This document shows positions 51,546-63,785 of a stretch of 64,000 bases of DNA, one piece after another (position 1 is the stretch's first letter; the number at the start of each line of letters is the position of its first letter). The position numbers were made by a program, and so were the translations under genes. The notes beneath the pieces were generated by a model. The model was not told where the DNA came from, did not search any database, and saw only the letters and a program-made list of their open reading frames with translations. Where the stretch lies: NCBI GenBank assembly GCA_965112155.1, contig OZ218108.1; one strand, 5' to 3'. This stretch comes from Podarcis liolepis (taxonomy: Eukaryota).

Positions 51546-54500
51546 CCCTTGGCCAAGAGCAGCTCCAAAGGGAAGGTGCTAATCTATTCATCCATTCATC
51601 CATTCCTCCTGTCCCCGGGATGAAACAGTTTTTACAGAATAACTCGTGCAGCAACGTGTTAAGCGTTTGAGGCGCTGTCTCCGGGCCTTTGCTCAAAACG
51701 ACACATAAACGCCTAGCAGTTAGGAACTGGCGGTCGTGTGCACGGACGAACGCGCTTCTGCCCCCTTAAAGTCTCATTGCCTAAGTTAAACACGATGGGA
51801 TTTCAAGCGAGGTCAACGTTTGAGCCATTTTGCTGTACCCCAACTTGCCCGCGCTTTCCTTGGGTTGTTCATAATTCGGAGCATGAGCACACTGCGTGTA
51901 GCGTGTAAACCTAACCGAGGGAAAAAAAGAATGCATATGACAAACTTCCCCCAACCAACTTCTGCTGTGCTTCCTTTGCAAGGCGGATGGATTGCGCGGG
52001 GCATTGATCTGCTTTAGCGTGCACAGCCTGTCAAAAAGCGCTTTCTGCTCAGACAGAAAGGAATGGTTCCGCTTCTAGACCCTCTTCCCTGCGCCACGCG
52101 TGTCCGAGGACGCATGTTCCACGCTCCTCGTTTAGCAATGAATAATAGCCCACGCAGGCAAGTGTTTGCGGAGCCCGTGTCTCCTCCTGCCTCCCACCCC
52201 TTCCCCGCACTTCTCCACACTCCTTGCTTTTTTTAGAGAGCCTGGGAAACGCCGGTGCTGTTTAGTTTTCGTCTGCGTCCAAGGCAAGACACTTTCACAC
52301 AAATCTGAACAGAACTGCTAGGACAAAAGGCGGCGGCGGGGCAGAGCGAGAGAATGTTTTGACTGGCGTCACTGTGACAAGGCCATTCGTCATTTTTCGG
52401 AACAGATTGATAACACCTAAGTTAAAGGCAAACACGCAACTAAAGGGGGGCGGCGGACGGAGGGAGGGACGGAGAAGGAACCAGCGCCTCTGATTTTCTG
52501 AAATTTAAAGCTGGCCGATTGTCAAAGTCCTTTCGCTACCCTTGATCAATTCGATCGCCTCGAATATTACGAATTTCCATTCCTACCACCCTTCTAAGTC
52601 GCCATTTTCTAAAAAGAAAAAGTTCTGTTGCTCTTTTAAGCACGCGGGTGGAGGAAAGGGAGAGGGGATCCGCGAAAACAAGTTTTCTAAAACTCTTGAG
52701 TGTAAGACGGTCGATGATGCGAATAATTCGAAGAGATCCCGCAAAATTACTGCGTTGATCTAAACTCTGTCGCCGCTTTTAGGCTACGATCCTAGGCATA
52801 GTGACTGAAGAAGCAGGATGGGACTTCCTGCGCAAGTTTGAACTCTCAGCAACTTTTCTTTTGCCTGAATTTCCTTTGTAACTGTATCGCTTTCAATCAC
52901 TTATAATTTAACGCGTTAAGAATGACGGCAGGCCCTTAGGTGGTCTCTAGGTCTGATTCCAACTATTGGCCTTCTCCCTCTATAAATACACTTGGTGGGC
53001 TTTTTGCGGTTTTTTTTTTTTTTGCTAATAACCCTTCAGATGCGAGGGGGAAAAAGCGGGAGGAGGGAGGGAGAAACAAACCACCAACTCGTAGGATTGT
53101 TCATCGCCCTTCCTTGCGCTTAAATGCATTGTCAATAGCGGCATTTGTCTTACAGGCTGTTTGCAGGAGGGAGAGAGGCAATTTGCGAGAACGAATCAAA
53201 CGGATCCTTTTCGGGATGCAATCCGCTCTCCTAGCCGGAGATCAGGGTTCCCTCGGAGATCCTGCACCATTAAATCTTTAAACAGGGGTTTATGCCGGAT
53301 TAGTGCAAACCTATCCTTCGCTCCTCCTCCCAATTTCCTTAAGAATTAAGGCCTCGGACGTTGCGGAACCGACGGCGCTTACTATTATTCGTGTAGGTCT
53401 TTCCGCTCTCTCTCTCTCATGAAAGTTTGCGGCGGCTTTGGATCTGTCCTGCACCGGCCACGTGTGTCCCTTCCAGCTCCCCGATGACGTCTCCCGGTTC
53501 CCGAGCCAACCTTCCCTACTTCCCCGCTGTCATTCATGCAGCGAGGGACAAGGAGATCGATTCCGCTTTGCCCAGGGGATTGCTTTGCCTCTTTCTTTGC
53601 ACAGAGAGGTACATAATTCAATCGGTGTGGTGATGCACGGTTCTTAAAAGTGGGCAAGGGATAGCCATGAAATATAATGGCCCCAATAAGATCCCCAAGA
53701 ATTCCCACCCCTAGAATTGGGGGGACAACGTGAAAAACACACACACACTGCTGTTTAGGATTGTTAGGGTCAGCGCTGAAGCGAGAGTGCCTGGCGGTGC
53801 ACGCGCATTTTAACAGGAGGCCGGTTCTGCGTCCGGATGCTCAGCGACAGGCGCGCGAGCAAAGAGCTTGACCCTTTCGCTTTGCGTCTGCCTTGCCAGA
53901 CTGTTTGGTGCGCGCCAGCGCGCGTTGTGCCTCGCTTTCCTCTTCTTGATTTCCTTTAAATGTGCCTCTTCTCAGCGCGTGCTAGTACTTTCTCGCTACT
54001 TCCTGCGTTTAAAGAGGCAGCAAAAGCTTATATCCTATGAACACCCGCCCACAACACGCACACGAACGCACACACCTGGCCTCCTCGCGCTGTCTTCCTC
54101 ATCTCATTTCCCCCCCCCCCCCAAAAGAAAGAAAAAGATTATTATTTATAGGACGAACGCTGGAAACAAATCAAATCGATCGGTTTCGCGAGCGGTCAAA
54201 CTTTGATAAAAATCCATCGCCCCCTCCACCGGATCGATCGGCGAATATTTGTTAGGAATCCATTCCCAGAGAAATAAATAAGGAAGGGGAAAGTGTTTGT
54301 ATTACATGCAAAAAGGTGAGACGCGGTGGTGTGTTTTTCTTCATTGATTAATGACCTCTAAAATAAAACAAGCGGGAAGAGGAGCCAGGATCGATAAATT
54401 ATCTACCCCCAAATCCATCATTTTTCCCCTCCTTGGGAATATTACATACATACCGCCCCCGCCGCCCCCAACATCACCCCTTTGCTTCTTACACTTTCTC

Positions 54501-55139
54501 CTTGTGAAAGAAAGGGGGGGGGGAAATAAGCTGGAAGAAGCGAAGACCCTAAAGAATATATATTGAATCTGGGAGGGGCGGAGACCCTATCTGATTTCGT
54601 TTGACACACAATTAAAAAAGTTTCCTTTCATATTAATTAATTCTCGCGATCTGAGGGGGAAGACAAATGGTCGGGCGCCTCTGACAGGAGACCGATAAAG
54701 GCTCCAGCAGCTTTCCTTTCTTGCCCTGGGCGCCTCTTCATCCCACTTTTAAGGTCAGGAGAGCCGAGCTAATAATTCATTAATAGAGACATTTATTCAG
54801 AAGCGATTCACGTCCCACTCCGCGCGCCCCTGCGCAGCGTTGCCGAGAGGTAGTTTTCTTCGACGGAAGGGACGAGGAGGCGGCTGTTAGGGGAGAGAAA
54901 CTCTTCTTGCACTCCCAGGATATGGAGCGCAACCGATGCCAGGTCATTCTCCGCACCCCATACAGACGTGACCGTCGATCCAGGTTCAAAGCCAGCCCCG
55001 CTCCCTCTCCCGCCGCACGTCTAGGATCCCCTGCCTCATTCCCTCGCAGGCACCGTACTTTAAATGGCCACGGAGAGATCGATCTTCCCTTGTCTTCAGC
55101 TGCTGGTTTAGGAGGACCCACTAATGTGGCACGTCCTGA

Positions 55140-55289
55140 TCACAGAATGGAAGGGATCTTGATGATCTAGTCCAACCCCCTGCAATGCAGGAATATGTAG
55201 CTGTCCCATACTGGGGATCCCATACAGGATCGAACCTGCAACCTTGGCATTATCAGCCTCACGCTGTAGTCAGCCAAGCTATCCAGGCA
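55140..55289 (-). mobile_element. tRNA-Ile-like SINE with CR1-type tail
   Basis: Minus strand head GCCTGGATAGCTTGG..GCTGATAATGCCAAGGTTGCAGGTTCGATCC, then CCTGCATTGCAGGGGGTTGGACTAGAT..CCCTTCCA. Confidence 0.75.
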
Positions 55290-56074
55290 TATAAGTCATC
55301 TGGTAACAGTGGGGCCACCACCATCAATGAAATAGTGCACAATTCTGCAACAGGAAAAGATTACACAGAGAAAAGGAGGGTAACCCAAAAATGGAGTTAA
55401 GGAAAAGAGGGAAATTCTGCTGCTACATGTTCATCCAACTGCACACTCCAAAAATCTCCTATTTGACACAACTATTCAGATACAGGAACACTTTTTCCCT
55501 TTCTGTTCCGTTCTCACTCTTTTAAAAAGGAATGGAAACCTTATAAGGGTGTATCTTGTATTGTAAATTAGGATTATGGGAGTGTCCTCCTTGGTCCAAA
55601 CCAGAGTGCCAATCTGCTCCATTCCTTGGTGGAATCTAATTCAAAGGTCAACCTGTAGACTGGTTCCAGTGTTCAAAACTCCCACTATTCTAGGCGCATT
55701 TTGCAACAGGGAATTTCAGCAGCGTGATAAGTTTCTGAGCTCTGGGCACAGTACTGCGCCTAAGATTTCAGATTAAAACTGCAGAGTGGAAGGAAAGGAG
55801 GACCTTTTTCTGCCTCCCCACTTCCAGCTACTCTCTCAAGACTGGAGAAGAGACCCTCTTAAGAATACTAGGGGGGTGGGCAGGGGAAGGACTTGACCAT
55901 GTGAAAAAATGAACATAACATTTTAGCTGCAGTTCATTCATTTTCAGCTTGGTATTCTTGTTATAAAAAAACGCACCTAGACATTCTGTTGTTGCACCCA
56001 TAACCTCGGTTTAAGGTGCCATTTAGCTCCTAGCTTTCATATCTCAGTTTCTAACACTGACTGGTTCACACATG

Positions 56075-56290
56075 CATATAAATATGCATTGCTTGATTAT
56101 TGGACACGTGATGATTGACAGCTGAACGTGGCAGCCTACTCTGTTAAACAGCACTGCATTTGAGGTGTTGATGTCACCTCATATGAAACTTCCATCAATG
56201 GTGCTATATCTGTGACAGTCCAGTTATCACTTGATGTTGTCATCAAGGGATGAGCAAGCAGCGTGAGCCTGGCCCTCACCATCTTGATTA
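56075..56290. promoter_or_regulatory. Candidate upstream enhancer (PBX-MEIS/PREP decamer plus E-boxes)
   Basis: CACGTG (56105), TGATTGACAG (56112-56121) overlapping CAGCTG, and further TGACA/TGTCA sites at about 56173, 56213 and 56238. Confidence 0.45.
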
Positions 56291-57377
56291 TCTATGAGCC
56301 ACAACACAGTGGAGGCTAGTCCTTTAAGGCTACAGGGGCGCTGTCCCACCAACTTGTCTGCTTTCAAATACATGGCTGCTTATGCAGTGAGGCTTGGACA
56401 AATTCAGTTTGTTATTCTCAGGGTTAACAACAATCATAGCAACAGCCGGGGTGTCTATGCAGACTTAAGGGAAAAGGGTAACTGAAAAAAAAACCCTATG
56501 TGGCAGCAGCAGGCTGGTAATACCAACAACAGAGGCTGTTTTAGGGTAGTGTGACCAGTGGGGTCACACTGGGCACTGTGCTGCAGGGGGCGCAAAACAC
56601 ACACATGAGTGGAGCATGAGAATCTGGGGGGGGGGGGGGCACGCGAATTTTAGATAGATGGCATCTCTGATTCCAAAGTGTTTGTCATGACCAGAAGTTA
56701 AGGACAACTTATCACTGCTTTACTACTGCTTTCATTACTGCATTACAACTGCTGGTTTTTCTTTTTCTTTTGCTGCTACAACAACTACATATCAGGCATC
56801 AATTTAGATGCTTTACAGAACACAGAAATTGTTCTACATAAGACTTCTTACCCAGAGAGTATTTTGCATGGACTGCTCCTATTGCAGTTGACAGTATCAT
56901 CAGCTAAGCATCAACAATCACGACAACATTGGCTTGGAACAAATGAGAAAATACAGTTTGAATGCCTTGTTCTGAATAAGTTGTATATTATACTTAATAA
57001 TGAGGTTTGATTTGGTTACCTTGGATATTTAACACTTTTCAAATACACATATGGCTCAAAGAGCAGGAAAAAACCCTTTAAAAGCAACATTACAATTATT
57101 TTTTCCAGACATTATGCTAAGTTCTTATAAGATTTTCTCATGACATGATCTGTATTATTATGTGGAATGAAGACTTTTAAAACCTATCTATGAATTCTGC
57201 CAAATCTATATTATTTATTTATTTGGATAATTTACATACCAATTACTTACAATAATCTCTAAATGGTGTTTGACTGTCTCTAAGCAGAGTGCTTTACATT
57301 TGTGTTAAAAAACTCATTTGATGCCATGCGAAAAAGCAACTTTTAACAAGTCCTTTCTTCATAAGGTTAACAAGGTC

Positions 57378-57636
57378 TGCCAACCTAGCAGTTTGAAAGC
57401 ATACCAGTGCAAGTAGATAAATAGGTACTGCTGTGACGGGTAGATAAACAGCATTTCCGTGCGCTCTGGTACTTGTCACAGTGTCCTGTTGTGCCAGAAG
57501 CAGTTTAGCCATGATAAAGCTGTCTGCGGACAAACGCCAGCTCCCTCGGGCTGAAAAGTGAGATGAGCGCCAAACCCCATAGTCTCATTTGACTGGAATT
57601 AACCATCAAGGGTCCTTTACCTTTACCTTTTTACCT
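57378..57636 (+). mobile_element. Sauria SINE, 5'-truncated
   Basis: GCCAACCTAGCAGTT...GTAGATAAATAGGTAC...GAGATGAGCGCC...CCTTTACCTTTACC. Confidence 0.85.
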
Positions 57637-57664
57637 AACGAAGTCTACAAATAAATGAACAAAG

Positions 57665-57835
57665 GATTCTGTACACACCTGAAAGTAAATCCCACTGAAC
57701 TCAGTGGGACTTGTTTCTGAGTAGACATGTAGAGGACTGCACTGCTAGTCTGTGATGCTGTACATTTTTACTGGGAAGCAAGTTCTTTGAAAACATTGGT
57801 ACTTATTTCTGAGTAAACATGCTTAGGATTGTGCT
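57665..57835. repeat. Two tandem units of the foldback family
   Basis: AAGTAAATCCCACTGAACTCAGTGGGACTTGTTTCTGAGTAGAC and a second unit ending TTCTGAGTAAACATGCTTAGGATTGTGC. Confidence 0.6.
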
Positions 57836-57919
57836 AGAATACAACAGTTCAGGGGATATATGCACGGTCACAGTACATACTGGTAATTCTTGGTGCTGTC
57901 CTGATGATCGCTAGCACAG

Positions 57920-58010
57920 ATTAGGTTGCAGGTTTGATCCCCATATTCCTGCAATGCAGAGGCTTGGACTAGATGATCCTCAGGGTCCCTTCCAACTGTA
58001 TGATTCTATC
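57920..58010 (+). mobile_element. CR1-tail SINE fragment
   Basis: AGGTTGCAGGTTTGATCCCC..TTCCTGCAATGCAG..TTGGACTAGATGATCC..CCCTTCCAAC..ATTCTAT. Confidence 0.7.
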
Positions 58011-58090
58011 AGCTCCATTAGCTTGGAGAAGGGTGGGGAACTGGATCTGGCTGGTAGGCTAGCTTCTTATCTCGCCTATACCCCAGGGCC

Positions 58091-58255
58091 CAGAGGTGGA
58101 TTTAGGGGAGCATGACCGGTTTGCCCATACTAGGTGCCAAGCCAAGACAGTACTGCAGGGGTGCCGCAATGATTTAAAATGTAAGGCGAGAGGGCACCAA
58201 TTTTTGGCATTGTACAGGGCACCACTGAAATTTGAAAGCCCAAAGTTCACCACTG
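58091..58255. mobile_element. Probable hAT (Tip100-like) non-autonomous element
   Basis: CAGAGGTGGATTTAGGG ... AAAGTTCACCACTG termini; a related fragment occurs near 56530-56600; TSD unclear. Confidence 0.5.
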
Positions 58256-61200
58256 CTGGGTCAGATTTGACAGGTGGGCAGAGCCACCCACCTGTTGATC
58301 ACCTGATGTCACAATTACACCAGGTGATGCAATCACGTGATTGTCGAGACGTCAAAGTACCATGCAAGGCACTTTGCAAGGAGAGGTAAACTTGCCTCTT
58401 TTAAAGCACACTTTAATCATTCTGCTCTAATGAAAATCTGGTTACAGTTTGCTAGCTGAGAAGTGTGTTAAATGATCTGGAAAATGCATTTCCAGACACA
58501 TTTATGGATCCAGCATTCCGTCTCTAGGTCAGGTACATAGCAACAACTGAATTGGGAGGAGAAAGCATGCAGTAGGATTTATTTTCATATATTTGAATAC
58601 GGTTCCTTACAATAATGGCACAAGCTAGCCTCATGGAGCTTGTCTTTTTAATATCATGTATTTGGTTCCAGTTTTGGAAGCAGTCTTTCATTTTTCTTCC
58701 ATATCCTTTCTAATGATGCGTGACCAGATAATGGACTCCGCCTAGATTGTCTGCTAATAGAGGTACAGCTGCCCAACTCTTTACATGACTGATGCATAGT
58801 CCTTGGAATTAAACATTAGAGAGCACACAACATTTCTTAAGAAATCTGCACAGATATCAGATTTTGCAGAATTCACATTTGGAAGCCAAATAAGATCTTT
58901 TGGGTGTGCAACTAACTCCAGGGTTCCTCATCCCAACTCAAACCAAAAGGAAAGATCACAAGACCACAGGATTTATCTTTCTCATGTTTTAGTGTAATTC
59001 TCACTAAGTGGTATAGTCAAGTAACAGGCTTATCAAGTACAATACTGTTTGTGAGAACCAGGCAACAGTAGTTTAGCTGCTTTATACTAATGAAGAGGCA
59101 ATCCAATCTCATACAAACAATCACGAAATGATTGTGTTGTGTATCTTCTCAGCATAATTGTGTTACTCCTTGTAACAAGGGGTTAGCAAAGCAAGGACTC
59201 TGAAGTTTTGCAAAGAGTTGCAGGATGCCTTGTACAGCCTCTGTGTGAAGAGCACCTGTTCACTTGGTACTGGTCTGAATCTGTCAACTGATTCCACAAA
59301 GGCCACCAAACAGATGCCAGTCAAGTAATGACTTTCTGCCACTGTTGACCTAATACGGATGTGATCCAGTGACCCAAGGGGTGAAAGGTCATGTATCTTA
59401 TTACCAAGTCCCTTGGCCACCACTTACCAGATTCAAATATCAGTGTTTATCGTTACGATAAATTTAATAATCTGACTCATGGATCCCAACAAGGAAAACT
59501 ATCATCTTAAATCTAAGTGATGAATACAATTAATATACAGTAAATGTTAAGCCATCTAATCTGATAACCCCTGCAGTGCTTAAAACAATATATTTCAGGG
59601 TTTTTGTTTTTTTAAAGACACAGGAACTTTATCCAATGAGTTTTTGGCAATCAAAATTATTTCAGATTTGAAGCACTGACTTTCAATATTTAATTCCAGC
59701 TTTCTCCAGTATTCTTTCCCCCAAAGTAAAGTTACTCACTTCAAACTATCATTTAAAGAAGATTTATTGGCATAAACAGGGATGCACTGAAAGTCATCTC
59801 TGAGAGTGAGAGCAAAAGCAAGCTTTAAGTGCTGTGCAAATCAAACATAATGGCAAACCTTGTATCTTTTGGTAAAAATCACCATGTTCTATTAGTTACA
59901 TAATAAATAACATGTAGTTATCATCTACTGGGGTGGCTGATATGCCCTGCATATCACACAGTATGACCTGTGTAGACAGAAGAGGCATGTTTCTTCTGAT
60001 TGCCATTTGCTTAGCTGCTTCCGTTTCATAGCTGGGTGTGGGCAATTGAGTGTCAGGAAGCTGAACACTTATAGAAACCTGAGAGATCTTAGGAGACAGG
60101 GGGTAATATTGTCTCCCAAATAGTGTGTGGTGCCTCCAACCAATCAGCCTCCATGTTTCCTGAAAGGAAGGTCAGTATTGATAAAGTGGGAAAACAACGA
60201 GGAATTTATTTAACTAGGAAAGGGGAAGGAAAGGAAAAAGTAAGAGGAGCATTTCAGATAAATGTGGCATTTAAGAAAAGTTTTTAAATGCAACAAAATT
60301 AGAAGTGGAAAGAATCAAATAGGTTTTTTTGTGGGGGTGGGTGGGTGGGTTGCAAGTGACCAATTAGCTGTCTGCTGTGACACAGTGTGGGACAGGAATG
60401 CACATTTGGGCTTCTGTCACTCTCTGACTGTGGAGCTGTTGCAGGATGAATGCTCTGCGAGGGCAGAAGGCTACTGCTGTTGCAATCTCTTTCAGTGGCT
60501 CTTCTTCTTTCCCTAATAATCAGTTCTCTTTGTCTGAATTTTCTCACGGAGTCTGTCTTCCAGAATCTCCTCACAAATCTTCATGTGAAAACAACCCCAA
60601 CAGTAGCAAAGAAGGGAGAAAGAGTCTGTTCCAGGCTTCCCTCAGGGGATTGCATTTCAAAATATTGCACTTAAATTAGACAGGGCAAGTAACACGAATG
60701 CAACATTTCTCTCTGGAGAGATTCTGGGCTACAAAATATCCAGGAATACCATGGACGGTTCTGGCACAGTATAATGTCCGGCAAACATTTTAACCCTGTC
60801 CCGGATATTCTGTGTGTGCATGTCAAAAGGATTGCTAGCATCTCTTTAAGCACCAGAGAGGGAGAGCATCTGTACATGCTCAGAGAGCAACACCTTTAAA
60901 ATGAAGGCCAGAGAATATTCAAAAAGCCATGCAAAAGGAATTTTACTGACAGCAGCAGGAGGTATCTGGTGTCCCTCTGTTAAGTACATCTTGAAGAATT
61001 TGGAAAAGGTTACTTTAAAAAAATAAGGTTGACTGAGTCCAAACGAGAAGAGCAATTTTGGGGGTGTTTATCTATTAATATTCTTTGTGGAGACTGGATT
61101 CTGTCATGTTATAGTTCTTGATTCTGTGACAGTGCATCAAATATTGTTTTAATTCTGAAATGGCTGGTTTTATGTGATAAGGGAGCAGCCAGTAACAGGA

Positions 61201-61908
61201 AATTGATGACTGCTGTAACTAGGGCATCTCCTTCAATGATAAAATAATGGAACTAATCTTTTATATATTGTTCCACATTCATAATTGTATTTTCCCCCTT
61301 CTGAAACCACTTGCTGGTCTGGAAAGGAGAGGTATCAGAGGAAGCTGATGTCAGGAAGGAAAAGTAACAGAACTTTGTGGGAGGAATATTCAGTGCTTTA
61401 TCTGGAAAAAATAGATTCATTCCTTCCCTCTGTCCAGACCTATCTGGATTACTAGAAAATCTATCTAACTGACAAGAAGGGGTAATTTGTGCCCTAGTGG
61501 CTTGGAAGGGGCCCTCACCTGCTTGACCTGGCTGTACTGCAATTCACAGCCCTCCTGGTCAGGAACATCCCAGATCCTGATGTTTCAAGGTGCAAACCTA
61601 AGACCTAGGAGCAGGCCCCGGCAATGTCATGGGTGGGCTCTGGTGATGTCATTAAACATGACACATTAGGCATTAACCGCAGTACAACACCTGAAAAGGA
61701 AGAACAGAGAACCTTGCACTTTTTCTTAAACACACTTCTGCCCGTCTATCATTTCAATTTTTCCCCATACCCAAAATTATTCCTTATGCCCATACCTAGG
61801 GTTTACAACTGGATTATTTTAGGGCGGAACAGGTCGGTACCTGGAAGCAAATGGGAAAAAATGCTAGTATGGGATTGGGAACCGGCAACCTTCGCCTTTG
61901 CCAACCTA

Positions 61909-62161
61909 GAGCCAGTGTGGTGTAGTGGTTAAGAGCGGTAGTCACGTAATCTGGGAAACCGGGTTCGTGTCTCCGCTCCTCCACATGCAGCTGCTGGGCG
62001 ACCTTGGGCCAGTCACACTTCTGTGAAGTCTCTCAGCCCCACTCACCTCACAGAGTGTTTGTTGTGGGGGAGGAAGGGAAAGGAGAATGTTAGCCGCTTT
62101 GAGACTCCTGAAGGGGAGTGAAAGGCGGGATATCAAATCCAAACTCTTCTTCTCTTCTTCT
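61909..62161 (+). mobile_element. tRNA-derived CORE-type SINE (Squam3-like), full length, (CTT)n tail
   Basis: A box TGGTGTAGTGG (61918), B box GGTTCGTGTCT (61962), CORE-like TGGGCGACCTTGGGCCAGTCAC, L2-like 3' part and CTT tail. Confidence 0.85.
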
Positions 62162-63284
62162 AATGCCCTCCAGATTTTTTTGACCATAACGCTCATCAGT
62201 CTTAGAATGGTTGTCCAGAGCATCTAGGCTGGCAAAGACTGATCTAATATCTTTCTTCAGTTAGCACTGCACGCCCCCACTGTCACTCCAAGAGCCAATT
62301 GCAGTGTAATTGTCTCTCCTTTTTCCTGCACGATGCACTTTATTATAGTTCTCTCTTGACTAACAGCACATATATTGATGCCTGGTTTTGATCTTGTCCA
62401 ACGACTGCCAAAGCAACATATTGCTGATCCTGCCCAGTATTCATGAAGACAATAAAAAAATAAATAAAAACCCTGCCTTCTTAATAGGCTAATGAAGCAT
62501 ATATTTTCCTCTCTTTTTGTCGTTAACTGGGAATCACAAGAGAACTGTAGACTTGAAAAGCACGTATCAGACAGTTAAACACAAGCACCGTGAAATCATT
62601 TTAATAGAGACTTAAGTCATGCCGGGGGACTAGTGTAATTCCCCAAAATAGCAATTTAATAGGAGGGAAATGGCTCCTTAGCTGAAACAAAATGGCCTAG
62701 AGAAATGACAGAATCATCATTACTTTTTTTCTACAGCTTTTCCCCATAGTATAATTGCCCACAAAAGAGGAATAGCAACCACGCTCTGATAACACATTTT
62801 GTTTTATTTTGATTCACAGAAGGGGAAAAAAGTATTTCACCATTCTCTAGCTTTACTGGCCTGATGAAAATGTGCTGAATTTGGTCGTCTGGCTAACAGT
62901 TTCTGTGGAAACCATGAGGGACAGTAGTTGAATTTATAAATAATGGCCAGCATGATGTTCCTAAACATGTAGTTCAAAGAATCAGGACTCTTATAAGGGC
63001 TTATTCACATAATGCATGTTCATCACTTGGTAGCTCACTACTCAGTGAGACAAACCTGAATGTATGAACTGCTTCCACTGCAAAGTATTGAGTTGAAGTC
63101 TCGTAGGCAATACAAAACCCCTCCTTTTGGTTTGAATCATCTATGATGGCTGTTTCACATGTTTGTAGTCACCAAGAGACAAAAATGGATGTGTGAACCA
63201 GGGCTCTAAATTCAGTGAAAACTATATTTGAATAATTATTCATATGATTCCAACATTTATACACCATCATTCTGAGACATAATC

Positions 63285-63500
63285 AAAATCTAGGATATAA
63301 AAAAGCCCAACAATACAACGCATGAAACAAATAGCAGTAAAAAGCACATTGTATAAAAGATGACAACAGATAAAGCAGTCTTAAAAGTGAGCAAAGAGGG
63401 GATCAGATATGCCCATCTTAAGGGCATAATCCTTGCAAAGATGCCACAACTGAAAAGGCCTCTCTCTTGTTCTCTTAGTTGCACTTCAGTTGGCAAAGAG
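63285..63500 (-). mobile_element. Old L2 3' fragment
   Basis: A-rich UTR then AAAGCAGTCTTAAAAG..TGCCACAACTGAAAAGGCC, similar to 11480-11610. Confidence 0.5.
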
Positions 63501-63699
63501 ACAATGAGAATGAGCAGGGGCTCAGGAAATGAGCAAGTTAATTGCAGGCTCTGGAGTTAAAGGGAACTTGGCCAGAACTAATTGCACTGAGAATCTAATC
63601 TACTGCTTAGTTCTCTTGGTATACATTGAGTTTGCTTGCTTAATTTCAGTAACATCTTATGTAAGGCGATTGAGGCTGGTGAGAGATGGTGTGAGATAG

Positions 63700-63785
63700 A
63701 GGGATGAGTTGGCCACTGTGAGAACAGGATGCTGAACTCGATGGGCCGTTAGCCTGATCTAGCAGCCTCTTCTGATGTTCAGTGT
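63700..63785 (+). mobile_element. CR1 LINE 3' end
   Basis: GTTGGCCACTGTGAGAACAGGATGCTG..GATGGGCC..GCCTGATCTAGCAG..TTCTGATGTTC. Confidence 0.6.

Larger units (their letters stand above)
48990..55130. promoter_or_regulatory. PRDM6 promoter CpG island / CpG-rich domain
   Basis: Visibly high GC and CpG density (many CGCG, GCGC, CCGG) over exon 2, candidate exon 1 and about 4 kb upstream, with almost no transposon insertions. Confidence 0.85.

Noticed and set aside
59160-59430. Coding-looking GC-balanced segment (86-aa minus ORF)
   Set aside because: No recognisable domain or splice pattern; could be a decayed transposon but I cannot support a call.
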